Below, piece after piece: positions 1 to 13,354 of a stretch of 64,000 nt of DNA. The stretch is from NCBI GenBank assembly GCA_030265395.1, contig JARFYF010000007.1:32854131-32918130 (forward strand), in the 5' to 3' direction. A model generated the notes under the pieces. It did not search any database. It saw nothing but the letters and a program-made list of their open reading frames with translations, and was not told the DNA's origin. The stretch comes from Rhina ancylostomus. Taxonomy: Eukaryota. A program made the translations under genes and the position numbers. Numbering within the stretch: position 1 is the stretch's first letter; each line of letters begins with the position of its first letter.

Positions 1-715
1 TGGACAGGTTGAGTGAGTGGGCAAATGCATGGCAGATGCAGTATAATGTGGATAAATGTGAGGTTATCCACTTTGGTAGCAAAAACAGGAAGGCAGATTA
101 TTATCTGAACGGCGATAAACTAGGAAAGGGAGAGCTGCAATGAGATCTGGGTGTCCTTGTACACCAGTCGATGAAAGTAAGCATGCAGGTGCAACAGGCG
201 GTTAAGAAGGCAAATGGTATGTTGGCCTTCAGAGCGAGAGGATTTGAGTACAGGAGCAGGGATGCCTTACTGAAGTTGTACAGGGCCTTGATGAAATCAT
301 ACCTTGACTATCGTCTGCACATATCCTTATGTGAAAAGGGATGTTCTTGCTCAGATTTGCCAGACTGATTTCTGGGATGGCAGGACTGACATGTAAAGAG
401 AGATTGGGGGGATTGGGCTTATGTTCACCAGTGTTGAGAAGAATGAGGAGGGAACTGCATTGAAATGTGCAAGATCCTGACAGGAGTGGACAGAGCAGAT
501 GCAGAAGGATGTTCCCAATGGTGAGAAGTACAGAAACAGCCAAAGAATATAAGGTATTTAGGACTGAGATGAGGAGAAATTTCTTCATCCAGATGATGAT
601 GAACCTGTGGAGCTCTCTACTGCAGAAGACAGTTGAGGCCAAATCTTTAAATGTATAGAAAGGAGAGTTAGATTTAGTCATTACGGCCAAAAACAGCAAG
701 GGATATGGAGAAAAT
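1..715 (+). mobile_element. CR1-clade LINE, C-terminal ORF2 fragment, decayed
   Basis: Translates as DRLSEWANAWQMQYNVDKCEVIHFGSKN, then KKANGMLAF..RGFEYRS and FRTEMRRNFF..NLWSSL. These are typical CR1 ORF2 C-terminal motifs. Frameshifted. Confidence 0.9.
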
Positions 716-1302
716 ATGTGGACTCTAGGCCAGTTAGCCTGACCTCAGTGGTTAGTAAGATTTTAGACTCCATTATTATGAATGAAATTTTGGAGTACTT
801 GGAACTATATGATAAAATAGGATGAAGTCAGCATGGTTTCATTAAGGGGACGTCTTGCCTGACAGAATTCTTGCCTGAGGAGGTAAAAAGCAGACTATAC
901 AAAGGGGAGTTGGTGGACGTTATTTACTTGGATTTTCAGAAGGCCACACACGATACTGCTAAAAAAGACAAGAGCCTGTGGTGTTAGAGGCAAGATACTA
1001 GCATGGATAGAAGATTGACTGACTGGCAGAAGTCAGAGAGTGGGGATAAAGGGGTCCATTTCAGGATGGCTGCTGGTGACCAGTGGAGTTCCACAGGGTT
1101 CAGTGTTGGGACCACAACTTTTCACTTTATACATTAATGATCTGGATAAGGAACTGATGGCATGGTGGCCACGTTTGCAGATGATACCAAGATAGGTGGA
1201 GTCACTGAGGCAGAAGGACTTGGACAGGTTGGGGGAGTGGGCAAAGATGTGGCAGATGGAATACAGTGTAGGGAAATGTTGGGTTATGCACATTGGTAGG
1301 AA
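716..1302 (+). mobile_element. CR1-clade LINE RT-domain fragment
   Basis: Encodes [56 protein letters not shown] and FADDTKIGG (YADD-type catalytic motif). Confidence 0.92.
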
Positions 1303-1739
1303 ATTTGTTATGACAGGGTATAGGATGGTATGATAGAATACGATCAGTGCTCTTTCACAAAGATGATTGTGTGTCATTCACCTGTCTAGTGGGATACTTT
1401 ATTACTTGTGCCTGGCTGCTTGTACCCTCTTTGATGCATTCAAGATTAGGCCTAAACAAAAGTACGATGAGGTCCAGTGCTAGCGTTTTAGCGTAGTAGG
1501 CTATAAACATGCTGAAACATGGTTCTAAAATCATGAACTATTGTGCAGGCATTACAGTGGAGCTTTATTGAGCCATTTAAAATTATTGAAATCTCTTCCT
1601 TTTACCCATCAGCTTCCTTCAGTGAATTTGGTCCATATTTCAACAATTATTTTTGTAATCTCATCATCTTATTGAGATTTGTGTAATGTTCTGGTGGGGG
1701 CTGAGAAATGCAACATTGTTGGAAATGCTGGAATTAGGC

Positions 1740-2010
1740 CTCATCTACTTAGTTAGGTGAAGGTAAAGTGTTTCCCAGCACTGCTTGAAGGTGTTTTTCC
1801 TGTGCCTTGGCCAGCACTTATCTCTCAACCAACCCTGATGAAACACTTTAGACAGTCATGATCTGATTGTCATTTTGGGACCATGCCATGTGCACATTGG
1901 TTGCTGCAATTCTTGAATTATAGTTATAGTTACATTTCCAGTGTGCCCCATTGGATGTAAAATGCTGGAAGGTCCTGAGATCATGAAAGTCATTGTATAA
2001 CACATTGGAT
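1740..2010 (+). mobile_element. DeuSINE (SacSINE1/AmnSINE1-like) relic
   Basis: Degenerate resemblance to the Deu domain and tail: cttggccagcacttatctctcaacc...tgtgcacattggttgctgc...cattggatgtaaaatgc..gtcctgagatcatgaaag. Confidence 0.6.
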
Positions 2011-2428
2011 TTTAGCTGTTCATATTTCCAGTGCATAGCATCCATATTTTTCTATATTAAACTGCCACTTAGCTGGCAGTATTCTACTTATAAAAATCAA
2101 CACAAATCCAATCCCTATAATGAGAAATTATGACTTTAGAATTTGATTAAGCTGTTATATTTTTAAACTTGCAATTTGCTACAAAGTGAAACCATGACAA
2201 AATGTATTGGGTACATTTTTCTTTGAGGAGATGAAGGAAATCAGAGAAGAAATAGTAAAAGGCTAAGCCTGTGGATTTGGACATTGTGTCAGAAGGTTTG
2301 TAGCTACCAATGTGATTTATCATCGTAATACAAGATAAACAATACTTTGAAAGACAACACAGGTTAATTAAGGTCAGGCAGGATGGATAGATAATTACAT
2401 GTCAAGGACATTCACAAACACTCAGTAA

Positions 2429-2473
2429 CAGTGAGAGATTTGATAGCCAGTGAGAGCTTTGATAGCCAGTGAG
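2429..2473. repeat. 19-bp tandem repeat, ~2.4 copies
   Basis: cagtgagagatttgatagc / cagtgagagctttgatagc / cagtgag. Confidence 0.85.
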
Positions 2474-2789
2474 CTGGATGCTGAGGCCCTCCAGCTATCA
2501 AAAACAATCCATGAATAGAGCAGCTATCTGACCTCCAACAGCCCGTACCTCCCAACGGAAGACTGCACCTGCGGCAATGCCGACAATCTCAGGCAATGGA
2601 AGATCTGCCCCTCTGTATCATTCTTTACAATATGCTTTCATATAAGTGGCTATTTGATGATGTAAATCAAACTCAGCATGGCAAGAACATATGATCATGC
2701 AATCTCATGTGCCAGAATTCCAACTCCTGCCGGGTCTCCTTCCTCATTTCACATTCCACACACCTTTCCTTGCGTTTATCACAACCATG

Positions 2790-3090
2790 GCAGGCATGGT
2801 AGTATAGCGGTTGGCATAACACTATTACACCACCAGCATCCTGGGTTCAATTCCGGCCGCTGTCAGTAAGGAGTTTGTACACTCTCCTCATGTCTGCTTG
2901 GGTTTCCACCGGGTGCTCCGGTTTCCTCCCACATTCCAAAGACGTACAGGTTAGGAAGTTGTGGGCATTCTATGTTGGCATCGGAAATGTGGCAACACTT
3001 GTGGGCTGCCCCCCAGAACACTCTATGCAAAAGATGCATTTCACTGTGTGTTTCAATGTCCATGTGACTAATAAAGATATCTTATCTCCA
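2790..3090 (+). mobile_element. tRNA-derived V-SINE (HE1-like) with Rex1-like 3' tail
   Basis: A/B-box head (tggtagtatagcgg...gggttcaattcc), V-domain (gggtttccaccgggtgctccggtttcctcccacattccaaagacg) and tail tttcactg...catgtgactaataaa. Confidence 0.85.
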
Positions 3091-3199
3091 TCTTGCTTCT
3101 TGCTTTTTCTCTATTCCTTAACACATGCAATGTTTGTATAAGTGTCTCCCATCTTCATGTACCCCATCAACAGATATTTTTTAACGTCCTTCCTTTCTG

Positions 3200-3320
3200 C
3201 AAGGTAAGGGGGCTCACAGTTGCAAGGAGTGCAAAGAGACATGGGGGAGTTCCTGATATCATCATCCTCACTCAGAGTGAGATGGAAAACATGATGTCCC
3301 AGGACATGCCAGAAGCATAG
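3200..3320 (+). mobile_element. Possible PIF/Harbinger Myb/SANT-like gene relic
   Basis: With a frameshift reads AHSCKECK(R)HGGVPDIIILTQSE, resembling the AHNxRERxxTGGG..IxxLT tail of Harbinger Myb-like proteins. Confidence 0.35.
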
Positions 3321-3754
3321 AGGAAGCTCATTTTCACACCATTTGAAACCTCTACTGCTAGTATATCAATGATAGAAAAACTAGCTGTAGAGGTATGAAT
3401 GTTCTTGAGGGCAGAATTAGTTAAGTGGTGNNNNNNNNNNNNNNNNNNNNNNNNNNNNNNNNNNNNNNNNNNNNNNNNNNNNNNNNNNNNNNNNNNNNNN
3501 NNNNNNNNNNNNNNNNNNNNNNNNNNNNNNNNNNNNNNNNNNNNNNNNNNNNNNNNNNNNNNNNNNNNNNNNNNNNNNNNNNNNNNNNNNNNNNNNNNNN
3601 NNNNNNNNNNNNNNNNNNNNNNNNNNNNNNNNNNNNNNNNNNNNNNNNNNNNNNNNNNNNNNNNNNNNNNNNNNNNNNNNNNNNNNNNNNNNNNNNNNNN
3701 NNNNNNNNNNNNNNNNNNNNNNNNNNNNNNNNNNNNNNNTCTGAGCCATGACCA

Positions 3755-3930
3755 GAAAAGATGGAGATACTCAGCATATCAGGCAGCATATGTGGCGAAA
3801 GACAATTAACATTTAAGGTCAGTGTATCTGCTCTGATGAAAGATTGTCGACCTGAAACATTAATTCTGTTTTTCTCTCTTTACAGATGCTTCCTGACCTG
3901 TTGAGTGTCTCCAGCTTTTTCTGGTTTATT
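3755..3930. mobile_element. Palindromic Penelope-terminus short element with degenerate hammerhead core
   Basis: Left arm 3755-3820 is the reverse complement of right arm 3848-3925. CTGATGA at 3833 and GAAAC at 3854. Confidence 0.7.
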
Positions 3931-4934
3931 TAACATTTCAGTTTAGAGTGCAAGGCACAGCAGGCAATCTGGTATCATAGGGTTACTTCTGGATGAATTG
4001 TAAACTGCTCCATTAAGTTAAAGTGAAAAAAAACACGCTTTAGATTATCTTCTTGCCTGCAAACTGTTACCAGTCAATTTTTCCTGCAAATAAATTTCAA
4101 GGCAATTAGGAATTTGTAAGGATGAATGAATTGCAAAGATAAATGGCACTTACATACATCTATTATAATATTCCTCTGTGCTAATGTAGTCACAGAGGAT
4201 GTGTCTGAATTATCAGGAGTATTGGCTGTTATGTAAATAGAGTCAATCAAAAACAAGGAATTAGAATGGTTAGCATAGCAACTTCTATCTCTTCAGTTAT
4301 TTACTAATCTTGTGGAGATGTTGGAATACTGATAGTGCATTCTTCAGAAAAGAGAAGTGATTATTTCAGAAACTAAACATTATCAACTGATTTTGATTCT
4401 CATTATAACTAACAGGGGTTAAAAGCATGCCCAGATGAGAGGAGAAGCAGCATGGTCCACTTTGTTGCTTTCAATAGGAGAATAATTTATGTGAACCTAC
4501 CCCATCAATCATTTCCCGACTTACCTCTTTGTGTGTCAGATAGCATTCCTCTGCCAATCTTCATTTGCTCATAATAGTATATGAAAAACCAATTGGTGAA
4601 ACTAATATAATATCTACAAATCCTGAATAAACGCTGTACTAAGATATACAGATGACCGTACACTTAAAACCTACCAGAAATGGGTGAAAATGGAAAAACA
4701 ATGCGAAAGCAGAAATTGTTTATAAAAAGCAGCCATTTGCCCTAAGGCTCTCCCTATTCCTGCCCTGGCTCTGAATTTACATTTTTTGTTTGCTGTGCTA
4801 TCTTTCCCCATGCCCTCTATAAATTCATCTTTTGCATAAAGTGCAATAGTACCACATATTAGAAACACAAGTTATAAAACACTTTGAAATAGCCTGAAAT
4901 TGTGAAGAGTACAATGTACATTTAAGTCTTTTCT

Positions 4935-5292
4935 TTAGAACATAGAACATTACTGCACACTACAGGCCCTTTGGCCCTTGATGTTGTGCCGACATTTTAC
5001 CCTGCTCTAAGTCTAACTAACCCTTCCCTCTCACATACGCCTCCATTTTTCTACCATTCATGTGGCTATCTAAGAGTCTCTTAAATGTCCCTAAAGTATC
5101 TGCCTCCACCACCTCTCCTGGCAGTGCGTTCCACACACCCACCACTCTGTGTAAAAAAAAACTTACCTCCAAGATCTCCCTATATTTTCCTCCATTTTCC
5201 TTAAAATTATGCCCATCATGTTAGCCATTTTCACCCTGGAATAAAGTGAAACTGTCCACTCGATCTATGCATCTTACCATCTTGTACACTTG
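4935..5292 (-). mobile_element. CR1 LINE 3' end
   Basis: The reverse strand has FFTQS..VWNALP..VVEADT..FKRLLD and the (ttctatg)n tail (tagaacatagaac on +). Confidence 0.85.
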
Positions 5293-5975
5293 CTTTATCA
5301 CATTTTGAAATTTCTGATTATTCAAGGTTCAAGGAGGATATTGGCTCACTTTATGATTAAAAAAGGCTTCCATTATGTAGTTGATAACTACACAGTGAAG
5401 GCAAATGTTGATTAATATTCAGATGGTGCACCTGAATCAACGTGTTTAAGAGAATATAAATTACTTTGGAAACATTAATGAACATTCAGATCTGTTGAGC
5501 TGAGGAGGTTTCTAATAATGTGAACCCAGCATGATGTGTTTGCTAAGAATATACTGTCAGGTGAGGTGTGATGGGCCTGCAGATATATCCTGGAACAGGC
5601 AGGAGGTCAGAGATGCTATTTTTCTACTTGCTGCGGATATTCAGATACCTATATAACCAGTGAGACACAATTGGACACTTCTCACTAATGTACATTTCAC
5701 TCTACCAACTGAAACACTGGAAAAGTGCATATGAGAGACTGTGCAAAACTACTCTATCAACAAATATTTGAGCCATGCCCCTTATTGAACCATCCTGCCT
5801 GGTGACAAGGCAGCAGGAAAGAAGGAAGGAGGAAGAATAGATAGAAGGCAGGAAAGTACTTGTTGAACATATTTCCAATTTGTCTTTGTCAAACCAACTC
5901 TTTCCAATGTGTTGGATTCTTTTTCTGTCATGTGAAGCTCTTGTGTTTGAGTAACTAACCTGGTGTTCAATCGAT

Positions 5976-6140
5976 GAAAAATTAAAATAACTGCCAATGC
6001 TGGAAATCTGAAATGAAAAAAAAAGAGAAACAAGAGATAATGTTTCAGGGTTACAGAAGGTGTCTGACCTGAAACATTAACTCTGTTTCCCTCTCCACAG
6101 ATGCTGCTTGACCTGCAGAGGGTTTCCTGCATGTTTATTC
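5976..6140. mobile_element. Palindromic Penelope-terminus short element
   Basis: Reverse arm actgccaatgctggaaatctgaaat...tgtttcagg, then forward arm gacctgaaacattaactctgtttccctctccacagatgctgcttgacctgc. Confidence 0.65.
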
Positions 6141-6484
6141 AGTGCTCAATCCAAGTGCTTATCCATGGTAAGAACAAGCTAGAAAGATGACAGCTAAGTA
6201 TCACCACCAGACCCAAGAACCAAACTGGTTCTTGGTCTCTATGAGAACAGGGCAGGATAGATTGAGGCTCACTTTGGGATGTTAAAGAAATCCTAGGAAG
6301 CACTGTTGGCTGTTCAAGATGGCAACCAATTCCTCAGGTATATACTCCCTGAGGGAAGAAAATCGTCTTAATATCTAGCAGGGCTCACCCCTTGTGTCAA
6401 TTGTTAATGATACTGCTGGTGCTCCCTCACTTGTTCATTTAAAATAATTGAGTCTATGTTAATTCTTCATCATCTTATAAGGAT

Positions 6485-6543
6485 GAAATGTCGGCACATC
6501 ATTGTGGGCCGAGGGGCCTGTACTGTGCTGTAATGTTCTATGC
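6485..6543 (+). mobile_element. CR1 3' tail fragment
   Basis: gtcggcacatcattgtgggccgaggggcctgtactgtgctgtaatgttctatg. Confidence 0.75.
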
Positions 6544-8794
6544 AACCCCAAATCAAATAACTCCTAGGTTTAAACTTTTCTAATTTAGAGAGATCAAGCT
6601 ATTTGATGTTAACTGGATTACTGGAAATGTTGGACCTGTGGCCCTTCATAGGCTTTCCAGGCTGCCATTAGTGGATATATCAGCTTAACACAGTATCCTA
6701 AAGGAAGTCGGGCCTAGGACATGGGCAAACTAGTCTTCTTCATTTTACAGTGAATTGTTCTGTAAATCCACCTTTGCACCCTAACATGCTAGATTTGACA
6801 TAAGTGGGATCTGAGATTTGTGCTGCTGCCTTGGCCAGTGTGAGTTTGAATTTTAATCAAAATGCCTGGCATGTTCTAGGTAACTTGGTTAAGATCACAA
6901 AGCCCCTTGTGAGTAATTAACTTGTAGTTTATTGCACCTTGAGGTGATTATTTTAAAGTTAATACGAAAGGAGACTAATGATTCTGCAAGGAGATACTCA
7001 GAAACATTTAAGATCCCTCTCCTGTTTTGATGATCCAATTGATAGTGCACACCTGACTGGATTTCTTAAAAGTGGAGATAATTACAAGAACCTTAAAACA
7101 AACATTTGACGGATAATACTCTCCAGCAACTTCTCTGCATTTAAATTAAAATCTGTTCTTTAACTTTAAATAAACCAGAATTATGTAAATTTTATTCTTC
7201 TGCATGCATTTAAATGTATGCATTTCCATACAGACTTATTCACATTCATTTGCCTTCCTTGAAGAGTACTTCTTTAGCTTTCAGTTCTTTTCTGGTCCTG
7301 GAATGAATGCCATCTAATTCAAATCATGTAATAGAGGATGCTGGTAGAATTGATTGATCTGCAGCTAAATTATTCCTTGCAGATTAATGTCACGTACACT
7401 CAAAGGAAATAAAAAAAAGAAAATGCTGCAAACTCTCATGAGGGATTTGTCATATATGTGCAGTAACCATCTAATCATCTTTTCATTTCACAAAACACAG
7501 GAATACAAGGTGATATTATAGAATCTGGCCCAATTATGGTGTGTATTCATAACCTTTCATTATACCTTTCTACTTTTCATAATACACATCCTGCAAATAT
7601 GGTGAAATGAAAAAGCATTGTAATCATTGGCAGGCAAGTTGAATAACTGGAACACTCTTCACTTTCATGGTAGCTCATGTGAAAGCATCCTTGCAATCCT
7701 AGTTGGTGTGTATCCCAACTAATCAACAAATAATAAGGAATTTTTAATGCTGGCATTATAAAATAGTTTGAACTTGGACTTTTGTTTTTCTTGTCTTTAC
7801 ACATCATTGGTGTTCTTATTCTTCATTTGCAAGTAACTCCCCTTCTTATGATTGTCCTTATTATCCCTGTGGAGGATGGGGAGCAGTGGATGAAGGGAGG
7901 CAGGGTTGTATTGATTCTCTTTCCCCCAGAGGAGGTTCATCAACTGGAATTCTGTCTTTGTCTAAATTTCCCAACTACAGGCTTACATTAAATACAACTT
8001 CCTTTATGAACACTTTAATAATTGTGGAGCATTATCGTTTACTTCTATTTCTCTGGCCACAACATTATGTACTAACTAATTTATACACCTTTGGATTGCG
8101 AACTACTGATGGTCCTGAGTCAACTGTGAGGGTTCAGTTCCTGTGACAGGCCTTCTTTACACATCTATTTACAACTGTTTACAACCTAGAATGCTCCAAT
8201 GTGTCAACATATCTCTAAATAATTGTAGAATCTCCCTTGATCCCTGTTCCAAACATGATTCAGATTTGTTGCATTTTATGTAGAGAGCATTAAATGTTCC
8301 AGGTTGGCAGTGGCTATTGACCTCCACAAATATCCATACAGTGTCTTTGAAATCACTGCATACCAACGTTATATTTTAGGGATGATACTAATTGGGCCAA
8401 GCACTTAAATATTCTAAGGTTTTTGACTGACTGTTTCCATGTTTCTCAGAAAAAGTGTTATCTACTGTTAGTTAGATTTGTCCTTGCACCTTTAGGTTTC
8501 TCCATTTATTTGCATGGCAATGTGCTAAGAGTGTGAGCTAAAAAAAATATCATTGAAGGAAGCAGAGCATCTGGGACCTGAGTGAGCAAAGAGAGTAACT
8601 CCGTGTCTCCTTAGCCAATCAGAATGAAGGATAATGAAGCAAACAGTCCAAGAAGTGGAAAGTGTATGTAAATTATAATATGTGAATTCAATGTCAAAGT
8701 AGGATTAAAAGAGGAATAAAGTAAGGAAAAGCAATAAAAATTATTTTAAAGTTGAGATTTTATAACATTTCTTACAACTATTTTTCATATTTCC

Positions 8795-9082
8795 TTACAA
8801 CATAGGAGGAGCCTGTTTAGATCATGAAGTCAATGCTTGCTCAGAGCAATCCCATCAATACCATTTCGCCACTTCTTTCTGTGTAATCCATTCTCTCTCA
8901 GATGCCTATTAATTTCCTTCTGAATGCCCTACACTATCCCATTTACAGTAACCAATTGTTGTATCCCACTTATCCCATTTACAGTAACCTACCAACCAGC
9001 TCATCCTTGGGATGTGGGGTAAACTGGAGCACCCAGGGAAAACCACTTGGACACAAGAAGAACACGGAAACTCCACACAGTA
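8795..9082 (-). mobile_element. V-SINE, truncated, with internal ~20-bp duplication
   Basis: Reverse V-domain gggatgtggggtaaactggagcacccagggaaaacc. The string tatcccatttacagtaacc occurs twice. Confidence 0.75.
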
Positions 9083-9609
9083 ATATCTGGAGGAATATGT
9101 CTCCTCATATGTAAGTCAGCTTCAGTACCCAAGATGTTGATTGACAGTAATTAACACTGATCACATCATTAAATGAGCAATTAGATTTGAAATAATAAGA
9201 TTTAACCTAATGTGGTGTGTCTAGGTCATAGCTATCATGCAGAATCCACACAATTCAATGTATTTCAGTGATGAAGCAAAAAGACAGATAAACCTTTCAC
9301 AAAGTTAGCAGCATGTGGAGAGCAACTAATGGATATGATATTTGTAGTTAACAGTGTAAATACACTCTCCTGAAGTTGCTTTGCCATTTGTACAAAAAAT
9401 AATTAGCAGAATTAATGAGCAGAATTAGCCATGTGCTTATTTTGAGAACGATGTCTGGCACTGAATTACCATTTCAAGGAGAATTTAATGAGAAAAGACC
9501 ATTTACCCTCTCTGGTTAGATCTGTATTCCATTAGGTCAAAATTGATCCATACTCGACTCCTTGACTCCTGTGCCTGGGACTGTTATTCTTCGTTGTTGT
9601 GCCTGGGAC

Positions 9610-10030
9610 GGTTATTCTTTGTCATTCTCCAGCCCATTTCTCTCGACTCCTTTTACTTTCCTTTGATCCATATGTCTTATTACTCCAGATTAATAAATAT
9701 CTCTCAAAACAGAATTGGTCCAGTGGCAACATCCTGGGGAGGTGCTTCCAGACTTCCACAACCATGTGAATGCAAGAAATGCCTCTTGATTTTATCCTGG
9801 TTGGGTGAGCCACAGTTTAAGATATCCCTTGGTCTGGATACTCTTAACAGATGAAAAGATTTCTCTGTTTCTCCTCCATCAAGTCCTTTAATTATTTGAG
9901 ACACTTTGATTAATTCATCCTTTAGCCTTATAAGCACAAGGGAATACAAACCATGTTTTGGCAACTTAAACCCGTAAATCTGAGTGCACTTTTGGGGAAC
10001 CTGCAGTGTATTCCTTCTAAGAGCATTGCA
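9610..10030 (-). mobile_element. Old CR1 LINE 3' fragment
   Basis: Minus-strand ORF GLYSL..IRLKDELIKVSQIIKGLD and MVVEVWKHLP are CR1 C-terminal motifs. Confidence 0.7.
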
Positions 10031-10482
10031 TCAGCATGGAACTTGTGCTTAGGGTGAGCTGGAACAAATAGTGAACGAGGGGTTTTGAGAAGGGAGGGGA
10101 GGAGAGGACAAAACAAGCCTCATCCACAAAATAGCTGAAAAAAACAGAACAGCCAACTAAGCCACACCCTCTGGTTTAAGGACATCAGAAACATTCAGAA
10201 ACAATTAAATACCTTGTAAATTACTAAAATATTAAAATTCATCAGTAATGTTGAATGAAGAAGCAAAAAAGCACTTTTTTACATGATTAAATATATACGT
10301 AAAATTCAATAAATACCAACATCTAGGATAGTCCATTGCAGCCAATTCCCTTTGTTGAAATGAGTGGGGAAGCTAAACCTTCAGTTCAAGCTGATTCATC
10401 CCTGCAAAATGTGAGGTACGTTGCAACTTTGAGCTCTCCTGCTGCATTCCAGGAGGAGTCTGACATCAGAAGCTGCAGTTGG

Positions 10483-10790
10483 GAGTCATAGAGTCAGACA
10501 GCTTGGAAACAAGCCCTTCAGCACAATGAGTTTGTGCTGATTTTCAAGCATCCATTTACACTAATCCTATACTAATCCCAATTTATTCCCCCAATGCTCT
10601 CCTCAATATCTCCCCCAGATTCTACCATTTACCTGTGCACAATGGGCCACTTATAGTGGCCAATTAACTTACCAGCCTGCAAGTCTTTGGAATGTGGGAG
10701 GAAACTGGAGCAACAAGGGGAAACCCACACAGTCACAGAGAGAACATGCAAACTCCACACAGACAGCACCCGAGGTCAGGATTGAAATCA
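10483..10790 (-). mobile_element. V-SINE with CR1-type tail
   Basis: tctttggaatgtgggaggaaactggagca...aaactccacacagacagcacccgaggtcaggattgaa (reverse V-domain and B box). Tail gagtcatagagtc. Confidence 0.85.
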
Positions 10791-10879
10791 TTGAAAATCC
10801 TGGAGGAATAGTTCTATTCACAGTATTACCTGGGTGAGGGAAGTAAGGGTGTGTTGAATGCCCTGTGGAAATATTGCTT

Positions 10880-11330
10880 CACAACAGGTTTTAATAATTG
10901 CTGTATAACACTAATCTGCACACTATGTAGTATTATTTAACACAATATGAAACTTTTTAACAAACACTGTATAACATTAGTTAATAAACACTATTACTTT
11001 TTAATAACTACTGTTTAACACTGAATGATAGTATTTAGTACACACCATTCAAGGCAGTTTTATCAAATGATGCAATGCTATTTATCAAACACAGTTGCAC
11101 CATTTCATTATAGAATGCAAAATCAGTTAATACCAACACTATTTATCTTAGTATAACACTGTTAAACACCAACACTATTTACTTCCTACTTTTTATCTAA
11201 TGTTATGAATATTAGTGAACAAATTCTGTGTAACATTATTCATCAACAGTGCAATATTGTGTACCATAATTTAACAAATATTTTAAAATAGTATAAATTA
11301 TTATTGTCTGACAGTAACAAATGTATACAT
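10880..11330. repeat. AT-rich degenerate tandem/low-complexity tract
   Basis: Recurring (t)aacact(g/a)t and tgtataacac words in very AT-rich sequence. Confidence 0.45.
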
Positions 11331-13354
11331 TATGATTTCTGATTTTTGCCTCTGCTATTTTTATGAACTGTCATCATGATTATCAAAATTTGCAGTGCAC
11401 TTTGTGGTAAGAAGTTAAACATTAGAACATCAGGTCAAGGTCTAAATCAATTGACAAAAAAGAGTGCAATACACTTATTTATATTATTGACATATAAGTA
11501 TCTCTTAGTCTTTCTGAGTAATTGAATTGACATCAATGACATGGGACACACTGACAGTTAGCACTTATATTGACAATTTTCATTGGTACAAAGTGAACCT
11601 GAAGCTAATGGAATTGCCAAGTGAAATTAAGACATTAAGTGTTATATAAAAATTTCAAATAACCCCAAATAACTTTAAAGCAGCGATCTAAGATGTTTTA
11701 TGTTGAACTCATAAAGCTTTGATAAAGAAAGGACAAGTTAAAAATTAAGGAGTGAGCTGCACATACCTCAGTGTTTGATGTCCACTCATGGTAGCTGAAG
11801 TATGCTAATATTATGTTGTCAGGAAGTGACTGTGATAATCCGATGCCAAGGTTCAGCTAATAATTATAATCTATCCATCTTTCATTATGACTCAAAATAC
11901 TTCCTAGCAACTGTTCACATACATTCATTCGTACTTCTGCAGCTCTCCTGGATTTCACTATTTTATCTCTTGTTCTTTCCATAATCGGTAGGAATATAAC
12001 AAAGCAAGGATGAAAATTGTGCATTTAACAGAGTATGGTAATTATATGACCACGAGATTTACTTTATGTAACATATGTTTCAAATTACATTGAAAGCTTT
12101 TTTGCTAGGTTCTCTCAAAGAGAAATTGCATTATCAAAGTTTAACATGTACCTGCAATGCCATTCATACTGGTGCACAAGGAATTGGTTGTAATCTTGGA
12201 TGCAAAAACAATAGCTGACAACAGCATGAAGTCATCGTAAAAGATAAGGCCATTTTGGGTGGAAATAGTTCAGGGCTGAGTCGACTAAATGTGAGGTCGC
12301 CTAGCTTTTGAAAATTCTGCTGCGGTAGCCAGCAGCTCTATTTGCATTGACAGATAAAGAAAGCCAATATACTGATACCTGGCATAATTTCCTCTCCCAA
12401 ATCTTTAATGATCACAACCATTGGCGGACTGTTGTTTAGTGGATAAAAATAATTATTAGGTTCTGTTTCACCTCCCCTCTGCAACCTTCCTATCCTCACC
12501 ACTTCTTTTCCTTTCACCTCTCATTTCTGTAACCCATTCCCCTCCCTGCACTCTCTCTCAGCTCCCTCCACCATCCACCCCACATGTTTCTCCCTTCAGA
12601 TTTGGACTTTCTATGTGGAATTCATTGGAGCTACCTGAACTGAACAACATTTCAAGTTATTTAATTGGAGTAATTTATAGCTCACTTCTGTGACAATGAC
12701 TGTGCATTGTGTATTCCCGCAATCCTTCATTTTGAGTTACCAGTTGGAGTTGGAACAGTAACCATGGGTGACCATAAATCATAGCCATTACTAAAGGAAA
12801 TTTGGGACTAATAACTCCAGCTAGAAGATAGTTTTGTTCAAGATGTAATGATCAACAATGTCACCAAAGAATTCCTTTAAAGTTAATTATCATCAATTTG
12901 AAGAATGGTTTTATAGATAAAGAATGTTTCCCATCATAATCTTTGTCTTCACATCTGTTTTTTTAATGCTTGTCAGCTCATAATTAACATTAATCCCTCA
13001 CTGGATCTCTCTCACCGGCTCAAGGACCAATCTAAGCAAGTGACATGGCTGTGAAAAGAGAGGCACAAACCGCTGGGGGTCATTCACACCTGTTAGTTTG
13101 GCTTTCTTTGTCTCCACATGAGCAAGGTTCTTGACATCACACTTTGGCATTTTCTACTGGTTGTTGTTGATAGTGTGCTTCTTTCAGAAGGGAAAGAAAA
13201 GGAAATAACTCTCTCATTATTCATNNNNNNNNNNNNNNNNNNNNNNNNNNNNNNNNNNNNNNNNNNNNNNNNNNNNNNNNNNNNNNNNNNNNNNNNNNNN
13301 NNNNNNNNNNNNNNNNNNNNNNNNNNNNNNNNNNNNNNNNNNNNNNNNNNNNNN

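Noticed and set aside
2790-2860. tRNA gene
   Set aside because: The A/B boxes are the head of a V-SINE. There is no complete cloverleaf, and it runs straight into the V-domain.
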